A stretch of DNA of 64,000 nt from an uncultured Chloroflexia bacterium (GTDB lineage: Bacteria; Chloroflexota; Anaerolineae; Anaerolineales; Villigracilaceae): NCBI GenBank assembly GCA_963840265.1, contig CAWIYA010000002.1, positions 612,289-676,288 of the forward strand. Reading direction: 5' to 3'. The position numbers and the translations under genes were made by a program. Of this stretch, positions 62,159 to 64,000 are shown piece after piece; position 1 is the stretch's first letter; each line of letters starts with the position of its first letter. The notes under the pieces are model-generated. The model was not told the DNA's origin, ran no database searches, and saw only the letters and a list, made by a program, of their open reading frames with translations.

Positions 62159-63102
62159 GTTCGAACCTGCGCGTTGTCTTCTTTGGTAACTCGCAGAGTA
62201 TTTTTAGTAACAGGATCTTCTCCCCTTTGCTTGACGCACCCTGCGACTTAGTGGGAGTGGTGGATGTGCCGCCCGCAAAGCGACAGTCCACCAACCCTTG
62301 GACCGCGACTCACTTTTCCAGTTTCGTTGAAACTGCACACGTGCACGGAACGCCGGCTTTCGAGCCGCCCGACCCCAATGACTTTGTATTTAATGGAACT
62401 CTGGCAGCCTTATCCCCCGACCTGTTCATCGCAGCCGGTTACATGTTCTTGTTTAAACCGGCGCTGCTATCCGTCCCGCGGATTGTCGCGGTCAACTTCC
62501 ATGCTTCGCTCCTGCCTGCCTATCGCGGCAAGCACCCGGTGTTCTGGGCATTACGAAACGGGGAACGCGAAGCTGGTCTTACCGCGCATGTGATGGATCC
62601 TCGTTTTGATACCGGCGATATTCTATATCAAGTGCGGGTGCGCACCCGTAAACGGGATACGGTAACCTCGCTTTATGACCGCATTATCGAGAAAAGCGTG
62701 TCGCTAATTCCCCGTCTTCTCGGAGACGTGTCTCAAGGGACTCTGAAGCACACGCCACAACCGGAAACATACGCCTCTTATTTCTCCTCAGTAAACGACG
62801 AAAACTTTCACCTCGACTGGACCCGACCAGCAGAGAGTTTGCGACGCTGGATACAGACATCTCCGGGAGAATGTTGGAGGATGATGGGTGGCCGGCGAAT
62901 TTATTTTATGGATGCGAAGGTCATCTGGTTTGAAGGCACTGCGACCCCCGGCCAGGTAATCGGCCTAGGAAGATATACCGCCACGCTGGCAACGGGCGAA
63001 AACGCGTTGGTTGTGCACTGGGTCCGGCTTGAGGGCGAGGTCAAACGTTCGCTCTCACAACTGTGTAAGGAACTGGGACTGAAGGTGGGAGATCTGGTGT
63101 AA
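62155..63102 (+). CDS. formyltransferase family protein (Fmt-like, N- and C-terminal domains)
   Basis: 315 aa. The catalytic motifs NFHASLLPAYRG and FDTGDIL are present. The GTG start overlaps the upstream stop (GGTGA). Confidence 0.75.
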   Translation: MSSNLRVVFFGNSQSIFSNRIFSPLLDAPCDLVGVVDVPPAKRQSTNPWTATHFSSFVETAHVHGTPAFEPPDPNDFVFNGTLAALSPDLFIAAGYMFLFKPALLSVPRIVAVNFHASLLPAYRGKHPVFWALRNGEREAGLTAHVMDPRFDTGDILYQVRVRTRKRDTVTSLYDRIIEKSVSLIPRLLGDVSQGTLKHTPQPETYASYFSSVNDENFHLDWTRPAESLRRWIQTSPGECWRMMGGRRIYFMDAKVIWFEGTATPGQVIGLGRYTATLATGENALVVHWVRLEGEVKRSLSQLCKELGLKVGDLV

Positions 63103-63115
63103 TTGATGGAGGATA

Positions 63116-64000
63116 ATGCCGTTAGCGACGTTTGCTGAGTTGATGACCGATGCAGAACAGGGCGGCTACGCGGTCGGTTACTTTGAAAGCTGGAATCTGG
63201 AGTCACTGCTGGCGGTTTGCGACGCCGCGGAAGCGACGCGTTCGCCAGTCCTGCTGGGGTTCAGCGGCATATATCTGCCCCATCCAGGACGGGTGAGGCA
63301 CGACCCGCTAATCCTTTACGCCAAACTTGGTTTGGAAGCCATCCGAGGGCTATCAGTTCCAGCTTGTCTCGTCTTTAACGAGTCTCCGGATATCAAATGG
63401 GTGCTGGAGGCGGTTACCCACAAATTCGGCCTGGTGATGTTTAGCGATGAAACACTCAATTACGAGAGTCAAGTGGAGCAAGTGAGGCAAGTAGTGGAGA
63501 TCGCCCACGAAAGTGGTTTGGCAGTGGAAGGAGAAGCCGAGTCACTGCCTGGCGTTGGAGGGGAACTATCGATCATCCCCGATGACCTGCACCTCACCGA
63601 ACCAGACCAGGCTCGCGACTTCGTAAAGCGAACCGGAGTGGATGCGTTTGCTGTAAACGTTGGACAGGCTCATCTGCATGGGCGGAGGCGGGTGAGGTTA
63701 AATTTTGCGCGCCTCGCGGAACTCAAACTGGCACTTAATGTTCCGCTGGTTCTCCATGGAGCCAGCTCGGTAGACCCTGCCGATATACAGGAAGCCATCC
63801 ATCTTGGCATCCGGAAGATTAATGTGGGAAGTGCGCTCAAGCGTGCTTACTTTGATGCTGTGCGACAAGCTGCTGCGCAAGCCGTGGACGATTATAATCC
63901 GTACGATGTGGTTGGCTCCGGACTGGCAAGTGATGTGCTGACCGCTGGGAGGATAGCGGTGCAGAAAACTGTGGAGGATCTGATGAGGGTGTTCGGAAGT
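63116..64000 (+). CDS. class II aldolase-like protein with altered active-site motif (3' end outside window)
   Basis: This ORF is not in the ORF track because it runs off the window. I translated 295 codons by hand with no stop: MPLATFAELMTDAEQGGYAVGYFESWNLE...VPLVLHGASS...KINVGSA. The HLDHG motif is replaced by LVFNES. Confidence 0.7.
   Translation, partial: MPLATFAELMTDAEQGGYAVGYFESWNLESLLAVCDAAEATRSPVLLGFSGIYLPHPGRVRHDPLILYAKLGLEAIRGLSVPACLVFNESPDIKWVLEAVTHKFGLVMFSDETLNYESQVEQVRQVVEIAHESGLAVEGEAESLPGVGGELSIIPDDLHLTEPDQARDFVKRTGVDAFAVNVGQAHLHGRRRVRLNFARLAELKLALNVPLVLHGASSVDPADIQEAIHLGIRKINVGSALKRAYFDAVRQAAAQAVDDYNPYDVVGSGLASDVLTAGRIAVQKTVEDLMRVFGS

Noticed and set aside
1-64000. A search by eye for CRISPR repeats, rRNA or tRNA genes, transposases, integrases, and phage or defence-type genes (nucleases, helicases, toxin-antitoxin pairs).
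   Set aside because: I recognised none. The window looks like stable chromosomal DNA rather than a mobile or defence island. A computational scan is needed to exclude small RNAs.

Overview
This 64-kb bacterial chromosomal window is about 50% GC by eye and roughly 90% coding. I count about 62 protein-coding genes, including one frameshifted gene and one gene remnant. I found no rRNA, tRNA, CRISPR array, transposase or integrase. The gene content (several CPBP proteases, DUF2807 lipoproteins, a tungsten-type aldehyde:ferredoxin oxidoreductase, a LarA homologue, Tm-1-like proteins, class I XylA) suggests an anaerobic or facultative non-proteobacterial lineage. Chloroflexota/Anaerolineae-like is my guess only. 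The window has three blocks. (1) 1-5.4 kb holds housekeeping-like genes: a class II aldolase 3' end, a HisC-like aminotransferase, two HAD phosphatases and a DUF47-PiT phosphate transporter pair. (2) 5.7-24.7 kb is an envelope and signalling island on the minus strand. It carries four CPBP intramembrane protease homologues plus one remnant, two DUF2807 lipoproteins, LiaF-TM-like WW-motif membrane proteins, a Cys-rich-tail ECF sigma factor next to an ArsP-like permease, interleaved SDR/FAD oxidoreductases, a soluble 4-PAS histidine kinase with a NarL-type regulator, and a pseudo-receiver. Seven oriented copies of a conserved box plus GC-hairpin element lie upstream of genes in this island. (3) 25-64 kb starts with a Dld-II-like FAD/Fe-S dehydrogenase, followed by a 30.7-kb, 27-gene co-directional minus-strand catabolic array (28057..58717). 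That array runs from a ROK regulator and a CUT1 ABC importer with two ATPases, through a Gfo/TIM/Gfo/TIM module, xylA, xylB and a frameshifted PfkB kinase, to a xylose-isomerase paralogue, a GlcD/GlcF-like pair, a Tm-1-like protein, a creatininase-like protein and a LarA-like protein. It ends with a degenerate aldolase, a class I aldolase fused to a polyferredoxin, the AOR, TauE and a Tm-1-like/PEP-hydrolase-like pair. A divergent plus-strand operon follows (TIM barrel, Tm-1-like, PEP-hydrolase-like, formyltransferase, atypical class II aldolase-like) and runs off the window. The best candidates for undescribed biology are (a) the aldolase-polyferredoxin fusion coupled to AOR, (b) the three Tm-1-like (UPF0261) modules embedded in sugar-catabolic operons, and (c) the seven-copy box-hairpin element that may define an envelope regulon. 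All functional calls come from reading motifs by eye; no database search was run.
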